From: an uncultured delta proteobacterium
Lineage (GTDB): Bacteria; Desulfobacterota; Desulfobacteria; Desulfobacterales; UBA2156
Reading direction: 5' to 3'
Assembly (NCBI GenBank): GCA_963736855.1
Contig: CAVTQK010000021.1
Coordinates: forward strand, 256,001-320,000
DNA: 64,000 nucleotides
Shown here: positions 20,199 through 30,955 of the stretch, one piece after another
Numbering within the stretch: the stretch's first letter is position 1
Layout: each line of letters starts with the position of its first letter
Made by a program: the position numbers and the translations under genes
Notes under the pieces: model-generated
What the model was told of the DNA's origin: nothing
Database searches by the model: none
What the model saw: the letters and a program-made list of their open reading frames with translations, nothing else

Positions 20199-21271
20199 TG
20201 AATGTATTGGTGACTGCACTTCTGAGTGATCACAAATTAAAAACAAAACTGATGGGGTTGAATTATAGCGATCGCATAAACAAAATTATTTTGGTCAGGA
20301 AAATACCTCTGGCAGGATTGGAAAAGATTCAAAATATCAATCCGGTTGGGATTTGGGGTAAAACGAAAGTTCTTTATGAAATATGGCGCCTATACATAAT
20401 GTTGAAATATATTTTGACCGAAAAGCTGGATGTGCTTATCGGTATTCAACTCCAACTACATGGATTGGTGGTTGCATTTGTAGGATGTCTGACAAGATGC
20501 CCCAGTGTAATCCAGGTGATCGGGAGTGACATTTACTTATTTTTAAATAACCCGTGGAAAAAACCGTTTATAAGTTGGACGCTAAGGCATTCTGATGCAG
20601 TAATTATTTTAGGATCCGATTCCAAGCGAATCCTCAGATCGTTGGGGGTTCATCCGGAAAGGATCCATGAAATCCAGAATTATCAGGACGAAGCCAGGTT
20701 TTTTGACCGTCCGATGGAAAAACGATTTGATTTGTTATTTGTTGGAGGCTTGATTCCGAGAAAAAGGCTGAAAAATTTGATTGAGGTAATCCCTGAAGTT
20801 ATCAGTAAAATCGGTCCAATAAAAGTCGGTATTTTAGGAGACGGTTGTGAAAGGAACTTGCTGGAAGAGCATGTAAAAAATTTAGGCCTTTCAGATTGTA
20901 TCGAATTTTTAGGATATTCAAATGAAGTTGATAAATTTTTGAACGCTTCCAAAGTGTTCATCATGGTTTCATATGCGGAAGGTATGCCGGCTGCTGCAGT
21001 GGAAGCCATGTTTTGCGGTTTACCGGTTATTCTAACAGATGTCGGAAACATACGAGACATTTTTGATGATGAAAAAAATGCGATCATAATAAAATTAGGA
21101 GATCGGGATGCCCTCGTTGAGGCGATTGTCAGAGTATTAGCTGATAACGAGGTTTATAAAAAGCTTCAAGCCGGCGCTTTAGAATCAAGAGCAAATTATA
21201 TAAGCCGATGGAGTATCGACAAACAAAGCCAGGGTTGGTTGAATGTCATTGATCATGCTGTTTCTAAATAA
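20198..21271 (+). CDS. GT4 glycosyltransferase
   Basis: FVGGLIPRKR, SYAEGMPAAAVEAMFCGLPVI (EX7E motif). Confidence 0.9.
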   Translation: MNVLVTALLSDHKLKTKLMGLNYSDRINKIILVRKIPLAGLEKIQNINPVGIWGKTKVLYEIWRLYIMLKYILTEKLDVLIGIQLQLHGLVVAFVGCLTRCPSVIQVIGSDIYLFLNNPWKKPFISWTLRHSDAVIILGSDSKRILRSLGVHPERIHEIQNYQDEARFFDRPMEKRFDLLFVGGLIPRKRLKNLIEVIPEVISKIGPIKVGILGDGCERNLLEEHVKNLGLSDCIEFLGYSNEVDKFLNASKVFIMVSYAEGMPAAAVEAMFCGLPVILTDVGNIRDIFDDEKNAIIIKLGDRDALVEAIVRVLADNEVYKKLQAGALESRANYISRWSIDKQSQGWLNVIDHAVSK

Positions 21272-21294
21272 TTGGGGAACGAATAACAGAAAAA

Positions 21295-23094
21295 ATGTTA
21301 AAATTATCAATAATTAGAAGTTTTTTCAGATATTTCTCAATTTTTTATCAATACACGGGGAACAAATTATTCCTTTTTATTTTGTCGGTTTTCATGATCG
21401 GTATTGCCGATGGCTTAGGAATATCCGCTGTGATTCCATTGTTAAATATTTCCATGACCAAGACGATATCAAATGATAAAATATCTCTTTTTTTCAACAA
21501 TATCTATAATTACTTTAATACTGAAATTACATTAGGGTCTATATTGATATTAATCACAGCCCTCTTTTTTTTGAAAAATATTTTTGTTTTTTTTCAATCA
21601 GCTATTCAGGCAAACATCAGCACATGGCTTTTAGAAAAGATATGTAAAGGATTGTTAAGACAATATGAAGCGATGAAATTCAGTTATTATCGAGGAACAA
21701 ATATTGGATATTTGAATAATGTCATCAATAATGAAGCGACGAGGTTAAAAAGTTCTTTTAAGGAGTTTTCAGAATTTATTTCGATTGCCTGCAAAGGAGT
21801 TGTTTACTCGCTGATATCTTTGGCGATCAATTTAAAGCTGTCGATAATTGTAATATCTCTAGGATTATTTTTATATGTTATATATGTTGGAATCCGCCGT
21901 AAGACCAGAAAACTATCGCTCCTGCACTCTCAATTTAATGCGGAATCTCAACAATGGCTAATCCAATTCATCCAGTATTTTAAATATATTAAAGCAACAT
22001 CGGGATCTGAAAAACTTGTTTCGAAGCTTTTTGAAATATTTAATAAAATCAGAAAAATTACATTTCAGTCGGCCATGCTGCAAGGATTTACAAAATCCTC
22101 TCTAGAGTTTATTGTCGTTTCAATATTATGCTTCTTCTTTTATTACCTTACCAAGATTGAAAACCAACCCGTTTCAGAGGTAATAATTCCGCTGGTTTTA
22201 GCCAACCGGATATTATCATTTACGACTGCGATGCAAAAAACGTGGCAAAATTTTCTTTCTTTATCAGGCGGAATAGCAGTTGTTGAAAATGCAAGAGCGC
22301 AACTTGATCAACATTTAGAAAAGGATAATGGAATTGTTCTGAAGGAATTTGAAAAGGATATTATTTTTAAAAAGGTCAATCTTGAATTTAATGGAAATAA
22401 AGTTATAAATGACGTAGACCTCCTTATTACCAAATGTAAATGCATCGGAATTGCAGGGGAATCCGGATCCGGAAAAACGACCTTGATGGATCTTTTATCC
22501 GGTCTGCTGCGACCTTCCTCAGGAAAGCTCATTATTGACAGTATTGATTATAACGATTTGAATTTGAAACAATTGAGATCCAAAATTGGTTACATAACCC
22601 AGGAACCGACGATATTCAACGATACCATTGCAAATAATATCAGTTTCTGGAATTGTGACTCAACTGATCCGTTGTGCAGAAATAAAATTGAACAATCCGC
22701 AATGGCCAGCCATTGTTGGGAATTTATTGAGAAAGCAGAAAAAGGAATCGATGAGATACTGGGTGATAAAGGTATCCGTCTTTCAGGAGGTCAGAGACAA
22801 CGAATCGCCATTGCAAGAGAAATATTTCGGGATGTGGACATTCTCATTTTTGATGAAGCTACGTCATCATTGGACTCATATTCGGAACGATTGATCATGA
22901 AAAGTATAGAAAATCTGCTCGGTCGGAAAACCATTATTCTCATTGCACATCGGTTATCGACATTAAAATTTTGTGACATCATCTATGTGGTTAAAAATGG
23001 ATTCATTGTTGAAAATGGATCCTGGGAAAAACTAATGAATAATGAAAATTCTGTTTTTTCGAAAATGTGCAAGGAACAGGGTTTCCATATTTGA
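21295..23094 (+). CDS. ABC transporter fused permease/ATPase (MsbA/PglK-like glycolipid flippase)
   Basis: N-terminal TM domain, GESGSGKTT, LSGGQRQR, DEATSSLD, IAHRLST. Confidence 0.88.
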   Translation: MLKLSIIRSFFRYFSIFYQYTGNKLFLFILSVFMIGIADGLGISAVIPLLNISMTKTISNDKISLFFNNIYNYFNTEITLGSILILITALFFLKNIFVFFQSAIQANISTWLLEKICKGLLRQYEAMKFSYYRGTNIGYLNNVINNEATRLKSSFKEFSEFISIACKGVVYSLISLAINLKLSIIVISLGLFLYVIYVGIRRKTRKLSLLHSQFNAESQQWLIQFIQYFKYIKATSGSEKLVSKLFEIFNKIRKITFQSAMLQGFTKSSLEFIVVSILCFFFYYLTKIENQPVSEVIIPLVLANRILSFTTAMQKTWQNFLSLSGGIAVVENARAQLDQHLEKDNGIVLKEFEKDIIFKKVNLEFNGNKVINDVDLLITKCKCIGIAGESGSGKTTLMDLLSGLLRPSSGKLIIDSIDYNDLNLKQLRSKIGYITQEPTIFNDTIANNISFWNCDSTDPLCRNKIEQSAMASHCWEFIEKAEKGIDEILGDKGIRLSGGQRQRIAIAREIFRDVDILIFDEATSSLDSYSERLIMKSIENLLGRKTIILIAHRLSTLKFCDIIYVVKNGFIVENGSWEKLMNNENSVFSKMCKEQGFHI

Positions 23095-23128
23095 TGGTTT
23101 AAGAGCAATAAAAATAGTGAGGGCGGAG

Positions 23129-24178
23129 ATGAAAAAGGAAATATGGATTGAGGATAAAATGATAGGTGATGATTCGGACTGTTACGTTGTAGCCGAAATA
23201 GGTCATAATCATCAGGGTAGTATTGAAAAAGCGAAAGACTTATTTCGCGTGGCTAAAGAATGCGGGGCCGATGCCGTCAAGCTCCAAAAACGCGACAACC
23301 GGTCTCTTTTTACAAAAACGCTCTATGATACACCTTATGACAATGAAAACAGTTTCGGGTTGACTTATGGGGCTCATCGGGAAGCGTTGGAATTCGGAAG
23401 ATCACAATACCTTGAGTTGCAAGAATATGCCAAAAAAATAGATATAACAATGTTTGCCACCCCCTTTGATTTTAAAAGCGCCGATTTCCTGGCAGATTTA
23501 GAAATGCCTGCATTTAAAATAGCCTCGGGCGATCTAAAAAATACGCCTCTTTTAAAACATGTGGCTAAATTTGGAAAACCGATTATTCTGAGCACTGGGG
23601 GCGGAAATATGGATGATATTCAAAGGGCATTTAACACGGTTATGCCCATTAACGACCAGCTTATTTTTCTTCAATGCACGGCCGCTTATCCTGCAGACGC
23701 GGAATTGCTGAATCTCAAAGTGATTACGGCGTTGAAAAATGAATTCCCAGACAATATCGTAGGGTTATCGGATCATGAAAATGGAATTGCGATGGCGGTT
23801 GCAGCATATGTTTTGGGCGCGAGAGTCATAGAAAAGCACTTTACTCTAAACCACACCTGGAAAGGAACCGATCATGTTTTTTCGCTCGAACCTATCGGAA
23901 TGCGAAAACTGGTTCGCGATTTGCGTCGGGCTCGCCTGGCAATGGGAGATGGAGTCAAGAGGCCGTTGGACTGCGAAAGAAAACCACTTTTAAAAATGTC
24001 AAAAAAAATCGTTGCAGCAAAGAATTTAAAAAAAGGGACCGTTTTAGAGGAAAGCCTTCTTGCTCTTAAATCGCCCGGTGACGGGCTTGAGCCGTATCAA
24101 ATGGATCATATTTTAGGAAAACGTCTTTTAATTGATGTCGCGGAAGATGGGAATATCGGTTTTGAAATGCTGGGATAA
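23129..24178 (+). CDS. NeuB-family ulosonic acid synthase #1 (with C-terminal SAF domain)
   Basis: AEIGHNHQG, AVKLQKR, KIASGD, LSTGG, SDHENG, IEKHFTL, KSPGDGL. Confidence 0.9.
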   Translation: MKKEIWIEDKMIGDDSDCYVVAEIGHNHQGSIEKAKDLFRVAKECGADAVKLQKRDNRSLFTKTLYDTPYDNENSFGLTYGAHREALEFGRSQYLELQEYAKKIDITMFATPFDFKSADFLADLEMPAFKIASGDLKNTPLLKHVAKFGKPIILSTGGGNMDDIQRAFNTVMPINDQLIFLQCTAAYPADAELLNLKVITALKNEFPDNIVGLSDHENGIAMAVAAYVLGARVIEKHFTLNHTWKGTDHVFSLEPIGMRKLVRDLRRARLAMGDGVKRPLDCERKPLLKMSKKIVAAKNLKKGTVLEESLLALKSPGDGLEPYQMDHILGKRLLIDVAEDGNIGFEMLG

Positions 24179-24190
24179 GGTTGCTGGAGA

Positions 24191-25014
24191 ATGAAAATTA
24201 CTGATATTTTTAACTTAAAAGGAAAAATTGCAGTTATAACCGGAGGAATGGGTCAGCTCGGAAAAATTTATGCGGAAGCGTTTGTTAAAAATGGAGCAAA
24301 AGTCGCGATTTTAGACCAGGACAAAGAGCCGAAGGAAAAAAGCGATACTGTCAACTCAGGATTTGCCGAAGGAAACATCAAAGCCTATCAAGTGGATATC
24401 ACAAAAAAAAATGAAGTAACAACCGCACTCCAACAAGTTGTTTCTGATTTAGGCGTTCCTCATGTGTTAATTAATAATGCGGCAATTGATTCTCCGCCTA
24501 GTTCCCCTGCTTCCGAAGTCGGGCCGTTTGAAACATATCCGGAAACCTCTTTTGATAAAATCATGGAAGTAAATGTTAAGGGAACATTTATTTGCTGCCA
24601 AGTTATAGGAGCAATAATGGCAGAGCATCAGAGAGGAGCCATCATTAATGTATCGTCTATTTACGGATTGCTTTCTCCGTGCCAGGACATATATGAATTT
24701 CGACGCAAAAAAGGAGAACCTTTTTTTAAACCCGTTGCATATTCCGTATCGAAATCGGCCATTTTTAACTTGACTCGATATCTAGCAACCTATTGGGCAA
24801 AAAAGAATGTCCGGGTCAATACGATTACTTTTGCCGGGGTTTTCAATAACCAAGACTAAAGAATTTATCAGCGCTTACTGTTCAAAGATATCCCATCGGA
24901 AGGATGGCGAATGCTGAGGAATTCATCGGACCCATTTTGTTTCTTGCCTCTGATGCTTCTTCTTATATGACCGGGTCAAACCTAATTGTAGATGGGGGAT
25001 GGACGGCATGGTAA
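24191..25014 (+). CDS. SDR oxidoreductase (frameshifted near 24856 and 24890)
   Basis: [17 protein letters not shown]. The C-terminus PIGRMA...[17 protein letters not shown] continues in another frame to TAA 25014. Confidence 0.85.
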
Positions 25015-26500
25015 AAGTCGAGAAACTTAAAGCCGACCTGTTTCCAAATGAAATTCACAATTGGATAGGGGGAAAGCAGGTTTTTGCCGATTCTGGAGAA
25101 TTTTTCAACAAAATGAATCCGGCAGATGGAGAATTGATTTGCCGAGTTGCAAGGTCAAAAGATATTGATGTCAAACTTGCTGTTCGTCATGCTAAAGAGG
25201 CTCAAGTGTCTTGGTCGGATACTCCACCCGTAAAGCGAGGGATGATTTTGCATGAAATTGTAAGAACGATGCAGGATAAGAAATATGATATTGCGTCTAT
25301 TGTTGCCTTGGAAACCGGAAAATCGAGGGGCGATGCTTTAGGAGAAACGGAAGGGGCTATTGAACTCGGCTTATTTTATTCAAGTGAAGGACAACGGCTT
25401 TACGGCCGGACAACAACCAGTCGAGTATCAAACCGATATGCAATGACCATCCGTCAACCTGTCGGAGTTGCAGGACTAATAGTTGCAGCTAACACGCCGA
25501 TTGCGAATATTGCTTGGAAAGTTTTCCCTGCCCTTATTTGCGGAAATAGCGCAGTCTTAAAACCTGCCGAGGATAGCCCTATTACCGCATGGTTTTTCGG
25601 CAAAATCTCTCACGATTCGGGAATCCCAAAAGGAGTTCTTAATATTATTCAAGGACTTGGTAATGAATGCGGCGCTTCCTTGGTCGAAAATGCTGATGTC
25701 GGTGTCATCAGTTTTACAGGATCAACAAAGATTGGAATCCACATTCTGGCAACGGCAGGTAAACGACTTGCAAAAGTTTCATTGGAGCTGGGAGGTAAGA
25801 ATCCCTTGATCGTATGCGATGACGCCGATCTTGAAAATGCCGCAAAATGGACGATTCTTTCAGCTTTCAGCAACGCAGGACAGCGATGTGCAGCGGCAAG
25901 CAGAATCATTATTTTCGATGCCGTATATGATCGTTTCCGTGAAATGCTTATAGAAAAAACAAAACAATTAAATGTTGGACCAAATGATGACGATGATCTT
26001 GGACCGGTAATCAGCGAAAAGCAGCTTCATCGGATGTTGTCTGCTGTTGAAAATGCGCGAAAGAAAAACGCTACCATTTTAACAGGGGGACAAAGGCTTT
26101 TAGATGGTAAACAGCCGAAAGGGCTTTTTCATGGCTCCAACACTTATCGAAAATGTTACACCTGAAGATGATATTTCAATTACGGAATTATTTGGACCCA
26201 TTGCATGTCTTTATCGGGTGAAAAATTTTCACGAAGCATTGGCTCTATCCAACAATTCTCCATACGGATTGACTTCCAGTATACATACAAAAAGCTTTGA
26301 CCGGGCAATTCTATTCACTCAAAAAGTGAAAACAGGAACGGTTACCGTCAATGCGGGAACATTTGGAAGCGAACCGCATATGCCATTTGGAGGGCTAGGA
26401 CAGCTCTGGAAACGGGTCCCGAGAACCGGGGACTGAAGCTTTGGATGTATATTCCGAAATCAAGAATGTTTATATGAATGTCGATCCTGAAAAAATATAA
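25008..26500 (+). CDS. aldehyde dehydrogenase family protein (frameshifted twice near the 3' end)
   Basis: [28 protein letters not shown]; continues [16 protein letters not shown]. Confidence 0.9.
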
Positions 26501-26541
26501 CATATCTTATTCAAGTATCGATAGATAGGGGAGTGATTTGA

Positions 26542-28122
26542 ATGCAAGTCATATTGACTGGGTATGATTCTTTTTGGAAAGCGATTGCAGAATACTTGAT
26601 TGAAAACAATATCAATATCCGGTACATCATAACCCTCCTAATTGCTCTAAATGATGCATCGACATCACAGCCAAGCTTTTAATAACACGGAATTTTTAAA
26701 TCTGGAAAAATTTGTATGCCCGGAACAAATCACAAAACTAAATTTAAATAGCAGATATTGTCTTTCATCGGACCTTTTAAATGATTTCTGTGAATCTGAA
26801 AATATTTTTTTGTCCATTTCGGATCGTTTGACATTTTTTCCATTAAGTGTTCAGAAAAAGAAAAGAGCTGTTTCAGGATCTTTTGTTGTATTGGTATTCA
26901 TTTATTATACGAATCGAAAATTACACATATAATACTTCAGGGATGCGCCTCACATGGCCTGGGATAATGTACTATATGATTTGGCAAAGTATTTGGGAAT
27001 AAAAACTCTATTTGTTGAAAAAACGATGATCATCGACAGGGTCTTGGTGATGAAGGATTATCGCAAGGTCAATAAAGTACCTTCGGATTATTTGACTCAA
27101 ATTGAAACTGATGATATTGCAGATATCGTAGGTGAAAATCTGATTCAAGAAGTTTTTAAAACAAGCGGATGGATAAATTTGCAGATAAAAAAAATATGAA
27201 GGTATTAGCGACACATAACAATTATTCTTAATATTAAAAAAAATCTCGAAAAGTTAGTTGAAGCATTTCGTTCTGAGAAAGTTTTTTATTTTCCTTTTAA
27301 AACTTTTTAATTTTTTAAAAATAAAAATATTCGATAGTATTGACAAGCATATCTAAATTATTCAAAAAACGCTTTTTGAGTGCGCTATTTTTTAATGGAC
27401 AGTACGATGGATAACAACTTGGTTGTTTTCGTTGCCTTTTAAAAGAAAAATCAAAAAATTATATAAATCCTATTCAAATCCTGCAGTGCAAGTAAATTTT
27501 AATCAAAAATATATCTTTTTTCCATTACATTATCAGCCAGAAAAAAATACATCCCCATTAGGAGGAGTTTTTGAGAATCAACTCCTTGCCGTTAAAATAT
27601 TGTCCGAAGCCGTTCCTGAAAATTGGATAATTTATGTAAAGGAACATCCACGCCAATTTTCTTATGTAATGCGTCAAAGACATTATCGTGATATCGATTA
27701 TTATGAAAAATTATTGGGGATTCCAAAAGTGCAAACTAGTAAATATTCAGGAAAATGCAGATGAGCTGATTGAAAAAGCAATTTGTACCGTTACAGTTAC
27801 CGGAAGCAGTGGATGGAAAAGTCTTAAAAAAGGAAAAGCATGTATCGCTTTTGGAAATCCTTGGTATGCACCGTGTAACAGTTGCTTTTTAGTAAGATCG
27901 TTGGAGGACTGCAAAAAAGCAATTGAAAATATTTTGATATTGGATGAGTCAGATGTAAAAAGGGATCTTTTAAAATTTATTGCATATTATAAGGATCGAT
28001 TTATAATTTCAAGCACTAGCCATAATTTCGCAAAAAAATCAAAAATTCCTTATGAAATCCTGGTAGAAAATCTTGGCGAAAGATTGAAAGAAGCTGTTGT
28101 TGGGAGTTTGAAGGCAAACTGA
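26542..28122 (+). CDS. KpsS/LipB-like capsule biosynthesis protein, copy 1 (multiple frameshifts)
   Basis: Fragments are collinear with the intact paralog at 43083: FLSISDRL, PHMAWDN, PLHYQPEKNTSPLGG, KEHPRQF, GSSGW. Confidence 0.75.
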
Positions 28123-28180
28123 ACTTCATAACAATTATAGAAGGTATTATTTTATTCAAACAGGTTGATGACAGTGATGG

Positions 28181-29302
28181 GTGATGATGAAACTTTTATA
28201 TCGTATCAAGGAGTTCCTCAATCACCGAAGATTTCATTGCCAGGTTGTCGCCTATCAAGTGGAGAGATTGCTTCCCGAACTGTCCATCGAAGACTTGGGT
28301 AATCCGATAAAAGATAAAAGGAATCGGCGGGTTTATTTCACTCGAAGCCGGTACGGAAACGTCATCGTCAAAATTTATCAACAAAACCGCATGAACCACG
28401 CCCTCAATTACAGTCTGGCGTATCAAGCCTTCAAGCAAACAGGTGTTCGTATTCCCAGGCTTTTATTTCAAGACTTATCTATAGAGAGTAGTCAAAAATA
28501 CGGATTTTCATGTATGGTTCAGGAGTATGTGCAAGGAGAGCACTTTGATTTTGCGAGGCATTTATCGAGTTTGCCCAAACTGGCACAAATTCTGTCATCC
28601 CTTCATGGCCACACCTCGCCGCAGTTTGGTTTTTTAGCTCAACCAGCCACCGGCTTTTTCTGGCAAAACTTCCTATTTGATATCTTAAAAAGAAAGATCA
28701 AGATTGTATCAGCTTTACCTTTTCCTGAGCCGGAAAGAAGAAAGGTCATCAATTACTTTAGGGCCTGGAGCAATCGACTGGGTCAGGGAATCGAGGGTTG
28801 GAGCTTGCTACACTGGGACCTGACAAATAAAAATTGTCTGATAGATGACGAAGGCCAACCGGTGTTGATCGACTTCGATAATTCGACGAGAGCCCTTTAC
28901 GGCCTTGAACTGATCCGCATTCCCTTCTGGTTCCTTTTGCCTAAGAAAGAAATTCTGGATTTGTCCTCACCGGAAGCCTTTTGGGACAATTGTGGGACGC
29001 TTTTGGAGCCTTTTCTTGAACTTTACTTCAAAGGACTGCCCCTAGCATTCCGGCGGGACTGGGAGATTAACCGTGACTGCTACTTGGTTTGGGGTATGCT
29101 CATTCATACAGCCTCGCTCACCAAATCAATTATTAATCCAAGAAGTATCCAGATGGCAAAGACCGATGGATATGATTCAAATCGCAGAGAAGTTTTTAAG
29201 GGTCGCTTGAATCAAACTCAATATGACAAGGTTGACCTCCAAGAAGTCAAAGCTCGCGCAGTCAAACAGTGGCAAAACTTGATTCGGGTGATAGATGGTT
29301 GA
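28181..29302 (+). CDS. APH/choline-kinase-like phosphotransferase
   Basis: VIVK, LHWDLTNKN (HxDxxxxN) and LIDFD motifs. Confidence 0.75.
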   Translation: MMMKLLYRIKEFLNHRRFHCQVVAYQVERLLPELSIEDLGNPIKDKRNRRVYFTRSRYGNVIVKIYQQNRMNHALNYSLAYQAFKQTGVRIPRLLFQDLSIESSQKYGFSCMVQEYVQGEHFDFARHLSSLPKLAQILSSLHGHTSPQFGFLAQPATGFFWQNFLFDILKRKIKIVSALPFPEPERRKVINYFRAWSNRLGQGIEGWSLLHWDLTNKNCLIDDEGQPVLIDFDNSTRALYGLELIRIPFWFLLPKKEILDLSSPEAFWDNCGTLLEPFLELYFKGLPLAFRRDWEINRDCYLVWGMLIHTASLTKSIINPRSIQMAKTDGYDSNRREVFKGRLNQTQYDKVDLQEVKARAVKQWQNLIRVIDG

Positions 29303-29403
29303 TATCCCTTCTGAAGAAAAATTAATTGTTGTTAAAGACGTTTGACAAATCATGCACACAATTTCAGACATGCCCTTCTTGAGAATGTAGCAATTCCGTA
29401 GAT

Positions 29404-30522
29404 ATGATTTCAAAAAACAAAAAAATGTGGATAATACGTCGATATTATTCAATTATTCGCAGATTTGCGACAATGGCTTTAACCGAATTAGCTTATATTA
29501 AAAAACTTAATTCAAAATCAAAATTTAAATATTATTTAGATATCGATTTTCCATTAGAATTTAATTGTTATGTCACCTCAGAAAAAGGAATATTTAAAAT
29601 TGAGAATGGAAAACTTGAAAAAGTTTTAAATCTATGGGTGTTTGGGATAGCTTTAGACAAGCATAATGCATTTATTTCTTGTGCAAGCGATATCTCCCAA
29701 TCCTATTCTTATATCTTATCTTTAGATGTAAAAGCCTTAACTACACAACATATAAAGCTCAATATGAAAGAGCTATATCGAATTCCACTATCTTCTAAGC
29801 GCCAAAGAATCCATCAAATATGCTTAAATGAAAACTCAATCTGGGCAGCAAATACTGCACGAAACACCTTAATGGAAATAAACAGAGATAATGGCTGCAT
29901 AATTAAAGAGATCGCTCCATTTAAGGATTTGTTTGGTAAGCCGATTCTTCATGATCATAATCATATAAATAGCATTTGGCATACGGGCGAGGCTTTGCTG
30001 TTTGTTGCATTTAGAATTGGCGAGCGATCAATGATCGGTGTTGTAGGAGAAGATGAGATTAAAGGATTTGCATATAGAAATTATGGTGCTCATGATATAG
30101 CAATACGGAAAAAAGATTTTTATTTTTCTGACACTTTAGGCAAAGATAAACCTGATGAGGGAGGCTGCTTAATAATAAATGGATATCCGATTGACGAAAA
30201 TTTTTTTCAAAAGCCGCTAGGATGTATCGTTAGAGGAATTGCTGGAAATAATAATCAATTGGTAATTGGTCATTCTCACAAGGGTAAGCGAACCACAAGA
30301 TTTGACGGAAAAGGTGCGCTTCTTTTTGCACAAAATAACAAAATCGTACGAAAAATTGAAATGCCTTTTTCTCAAGTTTACGATATCATCCGTTCTGACG
30401 GAAAAAGGTTCAACGAAGAGCCTGAAGCTGTTTCATTCTCAGAAGTGTATGAATTGTTGAAAAAATATTTAGGCAAACCTATATATTCCGAAAAAGTAAA
30501 GGATTGTATTATCAAAGAATGA
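29404..30522 (+). CDS. hypothetical beta-propeller-like protein
   Basis: 372 aa open frame with repeated His-initiated strands RIHQI, HINSI and AHDI. Confidence 0.65.
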   Translation: MISKNKKMWIIRRYYSIIRRFATMALTELAYIKKLNSKSKFKYYLDIDFPLEFNCYVTSEKGIFKIENGKLEKVLNLWVFGIALDKHNAFISCASDISQSYSYILSLDVKALTTQHIKLNMKELYRIPLSSKRQRIHQICLNENSIWAANTARNTLMEINRDNGCIIKEIAPFKDLFGKPILHDHNHINSIWHTGEALLFVAFRIGERSMIGVVGEDEIKGFAYRNYGAHDIAIRKKDFYFSDTLGKDKPDEGGCLIINGYPIDENFFQKPLGCIVRGIAGNNNQLVIGHSHKGKRTTRFDGKGALLFAQNNKIVRKIEMPFSQVYDIIRSDGKRFNEEPEAVSFSEVYELLKKYLGKPIYSEKVKDCIIKE

Positions 30523-30529
30523 GCAGATA

Positions 30530-30955
30530 TGATGTAGGTTGAAAATAATGGACACCAAAGTTTACAATGATTGATAGATGGAGGTGTCAGGATGGAAAAG
30601 GTACCATACAGCAAATACAGCAAAGAGTTTCGCTTGGAGGCGGTTCGTCTTGTTACCGAAGGGGGTCTATCGGTTGGAGAGGGAGCCATGCGCCTTTCCC
30701 TTCCGAAATCGACTTTGGAGAACTGGGTTCGTGCTTTCAAGGCCGGGAAGCTGGAGAGGATCGGTTCGACGCACATGCCTTTGACTGAGGTGGAGGTTGA
30801 GCTGGCCCGGGTGAAGCGGGAACTGGTCCTTGTGAAGATGGAGCGAGACATACTAAAAAAAGCCGCCGCGTACTTTGCCAAGGAGTCGCTACACGGCACG
30901 CGGTGAGGGAGCAGATGCGACTCGACTATCCACTTGGGGTACTGTGTCGGGTATT
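30530..30955 (+). mobile_element. IS3-family element, left part only (truncated by IS5)
   Basis: TG-starting end TGATGTAGGTTGAAAATAATGGACACC; orfA; A6G frameshift motif at about 30855-30862; orfB start (..YPLGVLCRVL) cut at 30955. Confidence 0.85.
30592..30906 (+). CDS. IS3-family transposase OrfA
   Basis: YSKEFRLEAVRLV HTH and ERDILKKAAAYFAKES; GGAGG RBS. Confidence 0.9.
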   Translation: MEKVPYSKYSKEFRLEAVRLVTEGGLSVGEGAMRLSLPKSTLENWVRAFKAGKLERIGSTHMPLTEVEVELARVKRELVLVKMERDILKKAAAYFAKESLHGTR

